Below, one piece after another: positions 37,002-48,834 of a DNA stretch of 64,000 bases. The DNA is from Anthoceros angustus (lineage: Eukaryota > Plantae > Anthocerotophyta). Each line of letters opens with the position of its first letter. Positions within the stretch are counted from its first letter, which is position 1. A program made the position numbers and the translations under genes. The notes beneath the pieces were generated by a model. It had not been told where the DNA came from. It searched no databases and saw only the letters and a program-made list of their open reading frames with translations. The stretch spans positions 400,336 to 464,335 of the forward strand of contig MU008202.1 of the NCBI GenBank assembly GCA_010909165.1, read 5' to 3'.

Positions 37002-39552
37002 GGTTGTGACTTGAGCTCACCACCAGGTTCAGGTCCGCGCATCATCCATCTTCTAGACCAGAGTGTATGCTGCTCGGGACTCACCATCATCATCCAATGG
37101 GGCCACATATGTAACCAAATTCGCAAGAAGCAACCCGGGGGATCTCATCCGGAGATGGGATTCCCGTGGGGGTGGGGGGGGGTTGCGTTGCCTTCCCCCC
37201 TTCCTTGCTCTTTGCTCTGGGTGCGGATCCACAGGCCTAGGGGGAAGGCAAGAAGGGGAAGGAGAAGGCTCAAGGAAAAGGAAAACCGGGAAGGGAAGGG
37301 AATGGGAAGGGAAAGGGAAAGGGAAAAGGAAAGGATTCCAGCTGCTGGCAGGCTCTGCTCTATACCCATGGCACCTGGCCATGCTACACAATTCATCCGA
37401 TTTGTCAGTAGATTTTTGTTCTCGGGTCCGCTTCGCTGCTAGAGTCGCCAGAATCTTGAGCAATTCTTTTCATCTCTGACCAGTTTGTTCCACCCCAAGT
37501 TCCAATACAATAATTGCCTGGGCTGGTTACCCCGATTCGGAACCGGACCGCAACACACTCCAAGGCGGGCGAGCGGCTGCTGCTACTGCTGGTTCCGGCT
37601 TCCGACCGGGGGTCGCTGCTCTTCACATCCCCCAGATGCCTGCTACCTGCTGGTGCACCGCCACTCGGCGCTGGGAACCCATTCCATTTGGTGAGTTCAT
37701 GCGGCACTTCAGTCTTAGGATCTGCAGATGGATAGATGATAGCTGCTTTCATTCTTTTACTCACTATTCTTCATTCATTGATTCATTAGTCAGCCTACTA
37801 GGAAGCTTGTGCCATGAGAGGCAGGGGGCACGAGGGGGCTCAATGCAAGTAGGGTAGATAGATTAGCATGTAACCCGTCTCTGTCTTATGGCAGTGATGA
37901 CCCAGGCTATGCTATGTAGAAGCTCCTGCTTTACACACAATTGGCACCACCAGTAACGTCGATCGTGAAGCTTGCAAACCTTGTTCCATGCGTCTCAACT
38001 TCCTCCCACGGCCCATCTCGATCTCAGCCTGTGCAGACATTCCGATGCCGGAGGACCTCTTCTGACACGGGCCTTCCATGCCCTAATGCGTGCATTTCTT
38101 CCACTCTATCGTCACGGCGGAACATTTTGATGCCGCAGCGATGGCGTCCCCTTCCACAATCGCGACCTCGTCGCTCCTGCTGCCAGACCCTGTCGACTGA
38201 TGAGGTGCTGCTCCCGAGGGAGCCCACCTTCTGGTTCTACGACACACCCGGGAAGGGCGAGTTCCTCGCCTGAGGAGGCGGCGTCACCTCCAGCGGCCTT
38301 CTGGAGTCGTCTGTGTTGTGTTAGCGAGCAGAGGACGGATTCGGTTGGTGCTGGAAGCATTCTGCACGGCCTCGGCAAGGATGTATTGGGCGCTGGATTC
38401 AACGTGGACGAATCTAAGCTGGGCAAGTACGTAGAACACGGACCACGTGGAGATGTGGGACGAGCGGCTTCTGTTCCCCCTTCTTACCGGGTATTCGCTG
38501 TAGGTGGACACGATTGTTTGTAGAACACTCGTGCCGTTGCCTGGGCAGGAGAAGTGCGGAGTCGGGGCTCTCAAGGAGTATGTATATATGTATGTATGGG
38601 AATTCTGGAACCTATGAGAGACTGCAACGGCGGCTGGTTTTGTCCGAAAACGTCCGCTGTACAATCTCCGATCCCAGAGATGCGCAGGACAGCAGCTACG
38701 GCACGCTGTGGGCCCCCAACTGCGAGATGCTCCTCTACTTGGCAAGGCAAGGCAGGGGAGGGGAGGCGGCCGCTACCGGCTGCCGTCCTCCGCTGACATT
38801 GGACAATACCGACCTCGTTCGCGGACAGGTGTTCGCCAATGCCATCCCGTCTCACTATCCCTTCACCGACATCGCTGATTCCAAATATTGCATCCAGTTC
38901 TCAATCTTTACCTCCCGTCAGCACCAGGGAAAGCCAGCTTCCCAGCATTCCTTCGAGTCATGCTTGCTACGTTGATTGCTACCTGTCGTGTGTCTATGGT
39001 ACTCTTGGATGAGATGGCTTCCTTCTCAGATCTGTCGAACCCACGGGCTCCATGCTTCATGCCTCGTTCCGGGATATACCCAGGAAAATTGTGGCGGCCG
39101 CATTCAACGTCGGCCAACACTAGGCGAAGTCCGTTGTGCACTTGTATCGCACCTCCCGAGTCCCGACTCCGCCTCCCGCACCGAATCTGTCAAGGATCTG
39201 AAGCTTCAGCCAGTGCACAGACATCTGAATTGTTGATGAGAGTCTGCGTCTTTGAAAAAGGAGGAAAGGGAAGTTGCTGTCACCGCTGCTGGCACTGTCC
39301 CTTTCTCGTGGAGTTGGACGCAAGGAAAATTTCAGGCTTTGCAGTCTTCCCATCTTACAAAGCTCTTACGAAAGCTTGGATTTCCCCCATGTCCATTTTT
39401 CAACCCGAGGTTAGGTATCATGGTCCGATCCATCGATGAATTACCTACACAAGTCTCGGCAGCATGCTTAAACTAGCAAATAGTTAAGGGACAAAGTGTG
39501 AGGGGGATTGGGATACACGAGAGAGGGTTTGTCAGGCTCCGCTACATAGTCT

Positions 39553-41073
39553 TTAAGACGCCCGCTTTAAGTAGAGGATACTTTCTTGTTCCAAGCCACA
39601 AACGACATCCTGCACGAAGGCCACACGCACAGGTCAGTAAGGATCCCACCAGGTAGTCTGCCAAACGCTGGACAAGAGGAGGCACAATCCAAGAGTGATA
39701 ACGGCGAACTCACAGTGCCGGTTTCCGTATCCATGTCAAAGCAGTTGATTGCAGATGGCTCGGCTAGCAACTCCAAGGCCTCTCCTGCTTTGAAAAGGAG
39801 AACAGAACATGCGTCGTTAGCGTGACTTGCTATGGGGGTGCAAGTCTTGCTATTGTGGAACAGGGGGCAACAAGTGCTTACCACCATCAAGAACGGCAAG
39901 CACACCATCTTCTGAGCACATCATCACCGGAGACACCTTCCCGGCATCTGTTCCTCTTCCACGTGCTAGAGGCCACAGGTCATACTTCACTTGCCAAACC
40001 TCACTCTCTGAGACCTGTGCCGCTTGTCCTTGGCCTTTTGCTGACGACCCCGCCAGGACCACGGGGGCTTGTTGCCACCGGAGATCCCATGCCAACACTG
40101 AGCCGGCAGAACCTCCTACCTTCATTCATGTTGCAGCCACGGCATCGGGTGAGAAGACAAAGAAAAACCAACAACAAATAGCAGTACGGCTGAAAAGCGG
40201 AAGAAGGCAGTCTAATCTGGTAGGCATGCCGAGCTCTTACCACACAAACATGCTTTCTCGAAGGGTGCACGTCAATGGAATGGACATAGCCAGCGCCATC
40301 CGCACCTGCCCTAAAAGTCACAGCACGAGCGGGGACTGTCGGCATGAAGTTCATTCACCCCACAAGGCAGCCTCAGGCACCGACAATTTTCCCCACCAAA
40401 CAGACGCGAGGTTCACTCACCATTTCGCAGGCGACTGCGACACAGCCCCGCCGGGACTGCGACGGTCCCACCACCGCAGAATGGATCCGAGCCCGGCAGT
40501 CACAAACTCCACCGGTGACGCCCAGCACACCGCGCTGTGAGACAAGAGGCCGTGACTATCAGCCAAACGCTTGGACTGCAGCTGCCCCTGCGCCATAGTC
40601 ACGACATTGATCCTGCCGTCCTCCCCAACGCAAACGGCCTCGTACGAGCTCGCCTCCACATCCAGCGCTGTAACAGGCCCCCTGTGCAGCCCCTTGGACA
40701 CCAGAGGCGAGGCGCGCGGGGACGGACTCTCACGATCCGTGACCAGCAGCGACAGCGCTCCCTCCTCTGACCCGTGCGCCAGAAGAGCGCGCCCAGAGGG
40801 AATTTGCATGGCCTTCAAGGCCGTGATGCGCGCCCTCTGCGGCCATGTCGCCCTGCTCTCCAGGAACACGGACCCGGTTCCCGTTTTCCCCTCCTCCTCC
40901 TCCTGCCCCTCCTCTTCCCGGTATTGCAGCGCGCTGATCTCCAGCAGCGACGAGCCCTTCTCCGGATCCCACAGCGCCGCCACCAGCACCTGCTCTTGGT
41001 TCCAATGCGGGCCCGCCGACAGCCACTTCACGGCGTCCACATACCGGCCTTGCGGGAGCCTCCACACCTCCAT
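39553..41073 (-). CDS. NUP43: Nucleoporin NUP43 (WD40); exons 41073-40421, 40290-40241, 40119-39882, ~39787-39714, 39609-39553
   Basis: RLPQGRYVDAVKWL, VCVGEDGRINVV, LRWWDRRSPGGAVSQ, VHSIDVHPSRKHVCVVGGS, SESEVWQVKYD, CSEDGVLAV, LAEPSAINCFD, LEQESI. Confidence 0.9.
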
Positions 41074-41633
41074 AGCCCGCAGCTCCCGCCAATATTCAAG
41101 AGGCTCCTTGATCTAAGCCCTACTAGGGTTTTATAAAATTTATGAGATCCTCGCCTGCAAATTTTTATTTTCTTCGTGACAAGAAGAAAGAAGAAGAAAG
41201 CGAGCGCGGCTGCAATCTCGGCCGAACTGGCTGTTCAAATGCTCGTTGCACCACGTCACTTACGTTGCGCCTCTTCGCGCATTCCCGAGGGCGCGATGAA
41301 GGATGAGATCGCTGCGGGGCTGGTTGATCAGGCCCGTGCTTTGCGCTATGTTCGTGGCGTTGGTTCTGCTCTGCTTTCCGGTTCCTCGATGTGGTGGATG
41401 GATGCAGCCACATTTTGAAATTTGGTAAGATGCTCCGTCGTGACTTCCCGGCGGTGTCGGTCTGATGAGACGTCTTTTCAATGCGCGAGGTGGAAGCTTG
41501 TCTTTGAGCGTGAGGCCTTCTTGGAGTCGGTACTCACTGCCGGCATTGTCGTCCGTGGCTCCTAGTCCGTCGTCAATGAGATATCCTGTCTGAGAAGGCC
41601 TGAAGAATTCCTGGAGCGAATGTAAAGAGGAGG

Positions 41634-42260
41634 ATGGATCGAGCTGGCCAGGCCAACGTGATGGAATGTGGAGCACCTGCCGGTGCTTGGGAGAGTTCGG
41701 AACCTGGCGGCGACGGACAGAGTCTCTCCGAGCCCGGCTGTGCATCCCCGCATTTGCAGGCCATGAGGGACGATCAGCTGGAGGTGCTGCGGCGGCAGAT
41801 TTCAGTTTACACCATTATCACTCGACAGCTAGCGGAAATGCTCATGGCCGACCAGAGGCAGGTTCCTTACACCTCACACCATCTGTCCTTCGACTCCGCG
41901 CTCAGCAGCGCTCCGGTTAGGGTGAGCGCCAGGCAGCGGTGGACTCCGAGTATCAAGCAACTTCAGATCCTGGAGCGGTTATATGTGAATGGCGATGGTG
42001 CGAAAATGGACAAGCATAGGATCAAGGAAATCACCGCCGAACTGAGCGAGCACGGAGCCATCCAAGATACCAACGTCTACAACTGGTTTCAGAACCGGAA
42101 AGCCAGAGCCAAGAGAAAGCAAGCCCGAGCACAGAATCCGTCTGAATCGGACGGGGTCCCGGGGTTAGATCCTGAGCATTTGAGAGATGGTGGCTCCAAG
42201 AAGCCGCGGATGGATGTAGAGAGTAGTGTCCTTATTAGTGTCGACGCGGTTGCCGGTTGA
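41634..42260 (+). CDS. WUSCHEL-related homeobox protein, WOX13 (ancient) clade, intronless and divergent
   Basis: WOX13 motif MRDDQLEVLRRQISVYTIITRQLAEM and homeodomain SARQRWTP..QLQILERLY...IKEITAELSEHGAIQDTNVYNWFQNRKARAKRKQ. Single 208-aa ORF. Confidence 0.92.
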   Translation: MDRAGQANVMECGAPAGAWESSEPGGDGQSLSEPGCASPHLQAMRDDQLEVLRRQISVYTIITRQLAEMLMADQRQVPYTSHHLSFDSALSSAPVRVSARQRWTPSIKQLQILERLYVNGDGAKMDKHRIKEITAELSEHGAIQDTNVYNWFQNRKARAKRKQARAQNPSESDGVPGLDPEHLRDGGSKKPRMDVESSVLISVDAVAG

Positions 42261-43084
42261 TAAGCCTGCGCAGGCTGCGTGTCCTCCCGTAGCCAGTTTT
42301 TCGCAGTTGTGTAATCCTCAATTTTAGTCTTCATCAAACGCCCGCCATTTTCCTTCTTTCCGCGTTTGATGAGCAGTGTTGGAATGCCGTCATGCTCCGA
42401 TGTGTTTGTTTCACGGTGCAGCTCCTCTTCGCAGATTCGGAGGAGAGACAAGTCCCTTCCAGTCTTTGTGTTTCACAAAGTAGGACCCGAAGAGGAGGCG
42501 TGCGGTGTCTGGATGTGTGAGGAGGCTGGGGTCTGTTGAAGACAGTTTCAGCTTATGTGTCGGCACGTGCCACCATCTGCTTGCTATTGCAGCCAGGAGC
42601 AGGAACGGCCGGGCAACCGGGCGTCGTGATGAAACGGTGAAACACGGCGATTTGTTATCCTGCCATCAGACAACAGTAATGGGTACAGGATTAGGCTTTC
42701 GCACGATAAGCCGCGGGCCGGGCCCAACCTGGCCAGAATAGACAAAGGTCCCTGGGGGTGGAAGGACCGGACTGCGCGCAGCTGTGGAGGCAGCCGCTGA
42801 CAGACTCAGCTTTCCAGCTACGGGACTCGCTCTGCACTTGGGCTCTCTCTCTCCCGCCATGACCCAGGTGCTCTCTCCCGCTCTTTGAATCGCTGCGTTT
42901 GCCCCTGATCTTAGCCTGCTCCCTTGCCGGTTTCCTGTTGCAGGTTTGGAGTTTCGGAGCCGCAGGTGAGTCGTGCAGCTGGACTCTTTGAGTACTTCAG
43001 CTGCCAGATTGTGTGGCAGACTGCGCACCTCGCATACCAATCTGTGTCTGCATCCCCGGATTTCCTGAAAACGCTGATTTGCAG

Positions 43085-43581
43085 GGTTGCAGGTGCGGGC
43101 CAGCTGGGGACAAGCTTGTTCTGCGCGGTTTGAGGTTTCACGGATTTCATGGAGTCTATGTGGAAGAAAGGAAACTGGGCCAGAAGTTTGTGGTGGATGT
43201 AGATGCCTGGCTTGATCTGAGCAAGGCCGGTGAGACAGATTCTCTGGCTCATTCTGTCAGCTATGCGGAGCTGTATAGGTATTTCTTCATTCCTCTTCCT
43301 GTTTTTAGCCTTCTCGTCCCTCTCCTTTGCGAGTCCACGATGTCTTTTCCAACTGCTTTGGCAACTGCAGGCTTATCAAGGCAATCGTGGAAGGCCCGCC
43401 CTTCTCATTACTTGAGAGAGTGGCAAGCAGCATTGCCTCAGAGATTTTTGTAAAGTATCCGACGATCACTGATGTGCGTGTGAAGATCGGCAAGCCGCAT
43501 GTTGCAGTTGAAGGTGCGGTTGACTACTTGGGGGTTGAGATCTTGAGGACTCGACCTGGCGTTGCAGGTATAGCAGGCTAG
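43085..43581 (+). CDS. FOLB: Dihydroneopterin aldolase (folate synthesis); exons ~43085-43278 and 43371-43581; start codon and 5' exon(s) unresolved
   Basis: GDKLVLRGLRFHGFHGVYVEERKLGQKFVVDVDAWLDL...SVSY, LLERVA, VRVKIGKPHVAVEGAVDYLGVEILR. 92-bp GT-AG intron in frame. Confidence 0.9.
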
Positions 43582-43648
43582 CCTTCTTCCACCCTCTGAC
43601 TGCCCTGCCTGGCAGTGATAGGAAGGTATTGAAGGCAGGAAAGCACAA

Positions 43649-44059
43649 ATGGCCTTGTCCTTGAGAAAGCAGCTGCAATTGCTTGCAACCTACTTTCTTC
43701 TCACAGCCATTGAGGTGCTGTGTGTGGAGGGCACATGGCCTTTCAAAAACGAAAGGTGCATCTACACAAGCAAGGGGCAATGTGAAGCAGCTGCCGGTGG
43801 TAGGGTGTGTGCATGGTGTGACCGGCCAAAGGGTTGCTACCCCCTCAGTCTTGCTGGTGAGCTGGTGGACTTCTGTGCCATGGCCCCTCTTCGACGTCCA
43901 ACTGAGGCACTAGACTGTGAAGACATAGCATCTAGGGACAAGTGCAAGTCCTTTGATCGCTGTAAATGGTGCACAAGTCTTGTGGTTCATGATGCATGTT
44001 TCAGTGTGATAGAGGCTAGGCGGCTTCCTGTCCAGGTCTTCGACTGCAAATCACCATGA
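43649..44059 (+). CDS. Small secreted cysteine-rich protein with two 6-Cys (CxWC, PSI-like) modules; function unknown
   Basis: 136-aa ATG-initiated ORF with a hydrophobic N-terminus and two C-x7/8-C-xn-CxWC-xn-C-xn-C units. The end (ACFSVIEARRLPVQVFDC) resembles an uncharacterised plant family, from memory. Confidence 0.75.
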   Translation: MALSLRKQLQLLATYFLLTAIEVLCVEGTWPFKNERCIYTSKGQCEAAAGGRVCAWCDRPKGCYPLSLAGELVDFCAMAPLRRPTEALDCEDIASRDKCKSFDRCKWCTSLVVHDACFSVIEARRLPVQVFDCKSP

Positions 44060-44843
44060 ATTAGCTTTCTTATTGTCACGGGTTTTCATGATACAGCTCA
44101 GGGACTAGTCTAAATGGCAGCACTACATTGCACGGGTCCTCACTTTTGCAGAGGAGTCGTCTTTGATACATGTACAATACACATATACGGTCGTAATTGA
44201 TCCTTGATGTCCATTACCACGCAGGCAAGTACGCACTGTTTACAGTCACTGTACTGGGGTTGGAACTTCGAACCTCGTTCCACCTTCCGACCAGAGCAAG
44301 CTGTATCCTGAAAGTCGGGCGGTTTTCAGGTGCGGACCTTGGAAAGCCTGAATGGTTCAGGTTGTGGAATCCAAACTCGGCGTCGAGCACGTGCATTTCT
44401 AAGCTATCCTGCACTTCCAGTCATTCTGAAACCCAGCACAGCGCTATCGCATCGCATGCTGGTGGTTACATGAAGAGATTGATGTGCGGGTTTGGTGTCC
44501 GCGGCTTTGCTGATTTAGCTGCGAGCTTCAGAGGCAGGACTATGCGACGAAGGGGATGAATTTGACAGGGAGTCTGCGCATCCGCAGGTTTTGGCGCATT
44601 CTTACGATTTCAGGTCTGGCTGGCGCCAGTTTGAGGTGCGAATCGCAGATGGGAAATGTTTGGATGGCAGGAGGCCAAGATTCAAGGGGGAGCAACGAGT
44701 CCTAGCCCCGCAACAGGTTTTCTCTTAGACTTAGCAGACTGCGGTTTACGGGAGAGGTGAGGAGTGGAAGAAGCCGACGGAGAGGAGATCCCGAGGTCAT
44801 CAAGGACTCAAGGTTGGGAATTTGGAGGTGCAGATGGTGGAAC

Positions 44844-46144
44844 ATGGGAAGTGAGAGTGCGGCCGAGGAGCGGCCTAGACCTAAGAAGGGAAAAGCTGCC
44901 ATACTAAGCATCCAAGTGAAGCAGGAGGAGCGTTTGGTGAACAGAGTGTATAACCTGTACATCTATGTGCTAAGGCTTCCCATGCCCATTTTCTTCCTTT
45001 GCCTGCTGAGCACTCCTCTACTGCTCAGTCTTTTCTTTACCTGCCTCTACCTTTTAGACGCAGACGGGTTGCATGTCATACATGATGACGACTGGAAGAG
45101 CAGCACCTTCTTTGACTGGATGGATCACGCGGCGGGGGAGTTCCTGTTCAAGATTTTCATGTTCAGCCTCTCGCTGTCGACAACCTTCAATGGGACAAGA
45201 GTGGAAGCTCGGTCTCCTTACTCCCTCCTCGTGGCCAATATCAACACACTGACGGCCCAGCTTATATTTGTCTTCCTTAGTGGAGCAGGTAAGTTGGACT
45301 GAGTTCCTTTCAAGAAGACATAACCGTGGTCGCCGATGGGGGTGCCAGATTTTTTGCTGAACCGCTGCTGTCTGCAGTGTTCCACAGGCTCTCACAACCA
45401 GCACAGCCTGTGGTATGGTCAAATGTTGCGTTGATCGGGGATGACAACAGTGCAGAAGCCTTTGCCATGAAAAGTCCTCCGACGACAAAACACAGGTAAC
45501 ATGGCATGCTGTTTTCCAGACGCAGTGTTGCTGGATGTAATGACGGACACAGATCACACGTGGAGCGGCTCTCTCATTCTCGGTGCTTTATCTGCAGGGC
45601 ATTTCTTACGAGATTGAACATAACAGGCTCCCAATCGTTGGTTTTGGTTGATGCCAAATTCAGCCTGGTATTCAGGCGGCTGGTAAAAACTCCTGGGACC
45701 CAATCCCCGTTTCTCAGTACGTTTGACCTCCCCCTTGTTCGCTCAGAAGAGGCCTATCTCAAGTATGCGTTCCTCATTCGGCATGTCATTGATGAGAAGA
45801 GTCCTCTATACGGTTTTTCTGATTACCAGGTATTTCTTCTGAGACGCCCATCCATTGTCATGTGAGCATGTGAAGCTATGCTTATCTGCATTGCATTCAG
45901 CAGTCTCTGAACCACTGCTTTTGTGCAGAGTTTGTTAGATGCAGATGCCTCCTTCACCGTCACTGTCTCGGCAACTGAACGGTCATCCATGCAGCCGATT
46001 TTCAGTGAACGCCTTTACTGTATCTACGACAAAGAGGTCCTATGGGATCGGGAGTTTGAGGATCAGTGGGTTCTGAACGAGGCCGGCAATAAGATCATGG
46101 ATCACAGGATGTTAAGCAAGTTGAAGAAGAAGAAAGTTTCGTAA
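44844..46144 (+). CDS. Inward-rectifier (Kir/KirBac-fold) channel-like protein, 336 aa; exons 44844-45288, 45378-45495, 45598-45829, 45929-46144
   Basis: Slide helix/M1 NLYIYVLRLPMPIFFL...FTCLY, pore helix FMFS, M2 ending SGAVFHRLSQP, WSNVALI, DLPLVR, HVIDEKSPLYG, WDREFED. Spliced CDS is 1011 nt and in frame. Confidence 0.85.
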
Positions 46145-46775
46145 CCAAGTAGTAGGGTAGTTGTAAACTGATCAACGGCCAGCTAATTTATACACTCGTT
46201 CCCCTCCTCCGAGTTCATCTCATGATGCCTCTGCGGGGTGGAACAAGGGATGACCTACAGGCATGGTTCCACACGAACTCGACAACTGGTTCTACTGTCT
46301 CTCGTGTTCCAACGTGCCTGAAAATTTCTCCTTGTAGGAAACCCTCGAGTATTTGCCAGCAGGGGGCAAACCTAGCACGCAGAATCTTTCTAAGTACTGG
46401 TAGACTGCAGTCTAGCTGTTCGAGGATGAGAACGTACTGTGCCTGCACGTTCCTGAACAGAACGCGCTCTAGTTTAAACCCTGGGTCAGTTGAGGTGTCC
46501 ATGTAACTGCATTTTCGATGCCGTTTAGCTCTTGCAAAGACGACGAAACACGGCTCCGGAGCTTCGTTGGACGCGCGTGTGAGAGGCTTGTGAGTCGGTG
46601 GTCAAGTCATCGTGGGGACTTTTACACATGGCTCAATTTTTTCCTGCAGATGTTTAGCGGGCTCATCAGGGAGTGGACGTGCTCGCCAGCAACCTTGAGC
46701 TGGTGCTTTTCATCGAATTCCAATTGTGGAGCTTGCTTGCCTTGAGAAGTTGAGATTGCTTGTCCACTACAAGCC

Positions 46776-47495
46776 ATGGCCATGGCTCGGGCGTCAGCTG
46801 GTGCCAGTACACTCGCGGGCTGCCCCTGTTCGAGTGGTCTTCACGATCGCACCCATGTGCCGTCATTCTGTATATCTAGAGTTTGCGTCCAAGGGCCCGT
46901 GGGATGGAAAAGGGGGCAGGTTCACGCGTTGATTGCACAGCCATCTGACAGCACGTCAGACAACGTTGGGGATTTTGTGAAGCGCATGGAGCAAGCCTGG
47001 CTGATCTCCAAGGTATGTTTGGACGGGGGTTGTGCAAGCCCTATGTACGGGTTTTGTTAGATTTGGGGACGTGCATTTGCCCTGAGGACGTCCTTGTGGT
47101 GTCTCCTAATTTGGCAACATACCCTGGGTCCCATTGCAGCAACCGAGGCCAGTGCAGTGTGTCTCATGTGAAGCGAGCGGACAAGCTGAATGTGCCTGGT
47201 GCAAGGGAACCGGATTTTTCACGCTTGGTGACAACATGTTGTGTGAAGTGCCTTCTCGTAATACGAGCTGTCGTGTTTGTTTCGGTCAGGTGAGATCTGG
47301 TGTTCATCTCGTGACTCCTGGGAATGGCTGCCTTTGTTCGGACTTCGGTTCTGTGACACGCTGTGTTGATACCGTCCTTTTGTTTGCGATGGATGGCAGG
47401 GTACCCTGCCGTGTGATGATTGCAAAGGAACTGGCTATCGAGCAAGATGGTTGGGTGATCCGTCCAGAAAACCTTACTCCGAAAACAGACCCTGA
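46776..47495 (+). CDS. Plastid DnaJ-like (CxxCxGxG) zinc-finger protein; exons 46776-47012, 47140-47289, 47400-47495
   Basis: DFVKRMEQAWLISKQPRPVQCVSCEASGQAECAWCKGTGFFTLGDNMLCEVPSRNTSCRVCFGQGTLPCDDCKGTGYRARWL; transit-peptide-like N-terminus. Confidence 0.88.
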
Positions 47496-48834
47496 ATTGC
47501 TGATTTTCGTCACCATCTTATGGGTTATCAAGCGCAAGACCTTTTCCTCCTCTCAAGTTTTCTTCTGCTTTCGGCTGTTTGCCGAAGCGACTCGGGAAGT
47601 GGCATGCAACATCAGACAGACCTGGCAGGCCCTGGGTGTTTTGCAGGGGATTTACTCAACCAGCCGAAACCGGCTTCGATCTTTTGTTGTTGTATATAGG
47701 CAGAAAAAGAACAGCTACCACGAACCCTTGTGGTTTGCAGCTATTTGATTCTTTCATGAGACGTGTTTGCAAAAGCCTCCCAGGTAGGAGGTAGGCTCCC
47801 ATTCCTCCCCTATGCTGTATTTGTGTTTTATGCCTCAGGAAACGAAGGGGTATCCTAAGCTTATTTGACCTGGCTTGGCTTTTTTGTTTTTTGGGTGTCA
47901 GGACCAAGATTTTGTTTGTCTTTGCTGGCCTGCGTGACGAAATTGACAAGATTTTCTTGCATGTCTCCTCTCTCATCACTTCTCTCTCTCCTTGGCCAAA
48001 GCGAGCTCTCGTCCTCTCATTTCCATGCCCCTTTTTTTCTCTTCCACCATCGTTATCTTAGCCTTGGGATAACGATAGCAGAACCCTTCCACCATTGAAA
48101 CAAGCTTTCAAGCAAGGGTCGGCTGAAGCGATGGTTGCCATCATCATAACCCTTGCTTGAAAGCCTTCCCAAAGGACTGTCCCTGGGTACGTGCCAGAGT
48201 GGAGGTCATGGGTCTTGTGTGTGTGCCGGAGATGTACAAAAGGCGGACACTGAAGATGTCTGCCTAACTGTCTTCTCAGTGTCCTTATGGTAGCTGTAGT
48301 GCGTGCCAGTGGTGCTTACCCTTCTGGGTAGTTTTGAAAGTGTAGTCCTCGTGCCCCTGGAGGTGTTTTTAAGCCAGCAGCTGTGCATCCCCCAGCAGTC
48401 TATTGCTTGCCTTCCAGCACCTCAGCGCCACCTTCGGAAGCCCTTCTCTCTTTGGAGCACTTGTTTTTTCAGGTAGTGTAGAGCAGGTCATAAGATTATG
48501 TAGCCTCTAGAAGTTTTGCCTTTCACCCTCTTGCATTTGGAAATGCTTTCGATGGCTGGCCCGACTCAAGTTTCCCTCGACGGCGTCTGATGAGTGCGGA
48601 TGTGTGAGCATCCCAAGTTCAGGGGAGGGTCGCCTGTGCTCCCTGCAGATCTTGGCAACTTGTTTGCCAAGGTCGAGAGCTCCAAGACAGCGTCCCCTGA
48701 CTTGGGATGCTCAGGCGTCCTCTGTCATCATTTTGATACTCTGCAGGAATGAACTAGACAGACTCTTGGCATCAGCCATCGGCTTCCGTTCGACAAGCAA
48801 CCGCACCATGACTCTTGTGTGCACTTTTTAGATA

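Noticed and set aside
42859-42965. ATGACCCAG plus a 22-bp micro-exon as the FOLB start
   Set aside because: The resulting phase does not match either candidate acceptor (43084 or 43092), so the 5' structure is left unresolved.
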